From Alphaproteobacteria bacterium (GTDB lineage Bacteria > Pseudomonadota > Alphaproteobacteria > SHVV01): a stretch of DNA of 64,000 bases. Below are positions 62,683-64,000 of the stretch, one piece after another. How positions within the stretch are numbered: position 1 is the first letter of the stretch; every line of letters begins with the position of its first letter. The DNA is taken from NCBI GenBank assembly GCA_965261735.1, contig OZ253470.1, positions 1,408,001 through 1,472,000 on the forward strand. The letters are read 5' to 3'. The translations under genes and the position numbers were made by a program. The notes beneath the pieces were generated by a model, which was not told the origin of the DNA, did no database searches, and saw only the letters and a program-made list of their open reading frames with translations.

Positions 62683-64000
62683 GTGGACACGGCCGATCGC
62701 CGCTTCGAGGAGGCGCTGGCGCACCACAAGGAGGGGCGCGCGTCCGAGGCGTTCGGGCTCTACGCGCAGGCCATCGACGCCAATCCCGACCACTACGGCG
62801 CCCTCTTCAACATGGCCGCGCTATTGGCATCGGTCGGCCGGCACGACGACGCGGCCTCACTCTATGCGCGCGTCCTCGAAATGCGTCCGGGCGACGCCGA
62901 CGTCCATTGCAACCTCGGCAACCTGCGCCTCGCCCAGGGTGACCGCGCGGCGGCCGCGGCGAGTTACGCGCGCGCCCTGGACGCCGACCCGAGCCATGCC
63001 GCCGCCCATGTCAACCTCGGCAAGCTGCGGCTCGACGAGGGCCGCACCGAAGAGGCGCTGGCGAGCTTCCGTGCCGCCCTCGCGGTCAGCCCGGCGCTGC
63101 TCGAGGCCTACACCAATGCCGGCATCGCGCTGATTAGGCTCGATCGCCTCGAGGAGGCGCTCTCCGTGTTCGAGGCCGTGCGCGCACTCGATCCCGACGA
63201 CGCTCAGACCCTACGCAACACGGCCGCCATCCTGGAGCGGCTCGGCCGTTTCGAGGACGCCATCGCGCTCTTCGAGTCCCACCACGCGACGCACGCCGCC
63301 GACGCCGAGAGCGAGTTCCAGATCGGCAATCTCCGGCACGCGATGGGCGCGCCCGAGGCGGCGATCGCGCACTATCGCGGCGCCCTCGACCTCGACCCCA
63401 CCGTGCCCGAAATCCACAACAATCTCGCCACCGTGCTCGTCGAGACCGGGCGCGATGACGAGGCGCTCGAATGTCTTGGGGAAGCGTTGCGGCTGCGACC
63501 CGACTTCCCGGCCGCCCCCTCAATACGATGGGCAACGCGCACGCCGGCAAGGACGAGCTCGAGGCCGCGGCCGCGTGTTATGCGCGCGCCTTCGCGGGCG
63601 ATCCAAGCCTCGCGGTCGCCGCGGTCAATGGCGCCAACGTCCTGCGCGACCTGGGCCGGCTCGACGAGGCCCTGGCGGGCCTCGATTCGCTGCTCGCGAG
63701 CCACCCCGAGCTCGCCACTGCCCACAACGCGCGCGGCCTCGTGCTCCAGGACTATGGGCGCCAGGACGCGGCGCTCGCCGCCTTCGAGCGCGCGCTGGGG
63801 GTACAGCCGACCTACCACGAGTCGCTCAACAACCGCGCCATATCGCTGCAGGCGCTGGGCCGGCACGACGAGGCGCGGTCGGCCTACCGTGACGCGCTGA
63901 CCGCGAAGCCCGAGCTCGCCGAGGCACATTTCAACATCGGCCATGTCCTGCAGACGCTCGGGCGCAACGACGAGGCGGTGACCGCGTTCCAGCAGGCGCT
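62683..64000 (+). CDS. TPR-repeat protein (partial; frameshift in the C run at 63515-63519)
   Basis: Repeated TPR units (NLGN...A...Y.RAL..DP). TPR units continue in another frame after 63519 (NTMGNAHAGKDELEAAAACYARA...) to the window end. Confidence 0.88.

Overview
High-GC window whose gene content and order point to an alphaproteobacterium, probably Rhodospirillales-like (inference). Most of it is housekeeping: ftsY-mtaB-dapF, ffh-rpsP-rimM-trmD-rplS-leuCD, leuB, asd, sdhCDAB, mmsA, pyrD, class I lysS, DinG-like helicase, tRNA-Gly(CCC), a SAM-alpha riboswitch before metZ, apaG, folE, trkH, argE and argD-argF-hslO. The first 6.7 kb is accessory and is the most interesting part. It has a short tape-measure-like gene and a lysozyme-like gene that converge on a secreted protein. 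That secreted gene plus the 3' end of the lysozyme gene is repeated with a 1083-bp period as a diverged orphan cassette. The orphan was then hit by an IS5 element, which was itself hit twice by the same IS1595 element. This looks like an undescribed phage-tail-linked effector/immunity array (inference). Other notable items: a RloA/RloB (AbiL-like) pair bounded by a 10-bp direct repeat between leuB and asd; two Cys/His-rich exported proteins co-transcribed with an SCO protein; a subtilase missing catalytic residues beside an ACP-FAAL-acyltransferase fusion; an internally deleted ornithine aminotransferase; and two palindromic repeats with central IHF-like sites. Several single-base frameshifts sit in short homopolymers and may be assembly errors. 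All calls come from motif recognition by eye; no database search was run.
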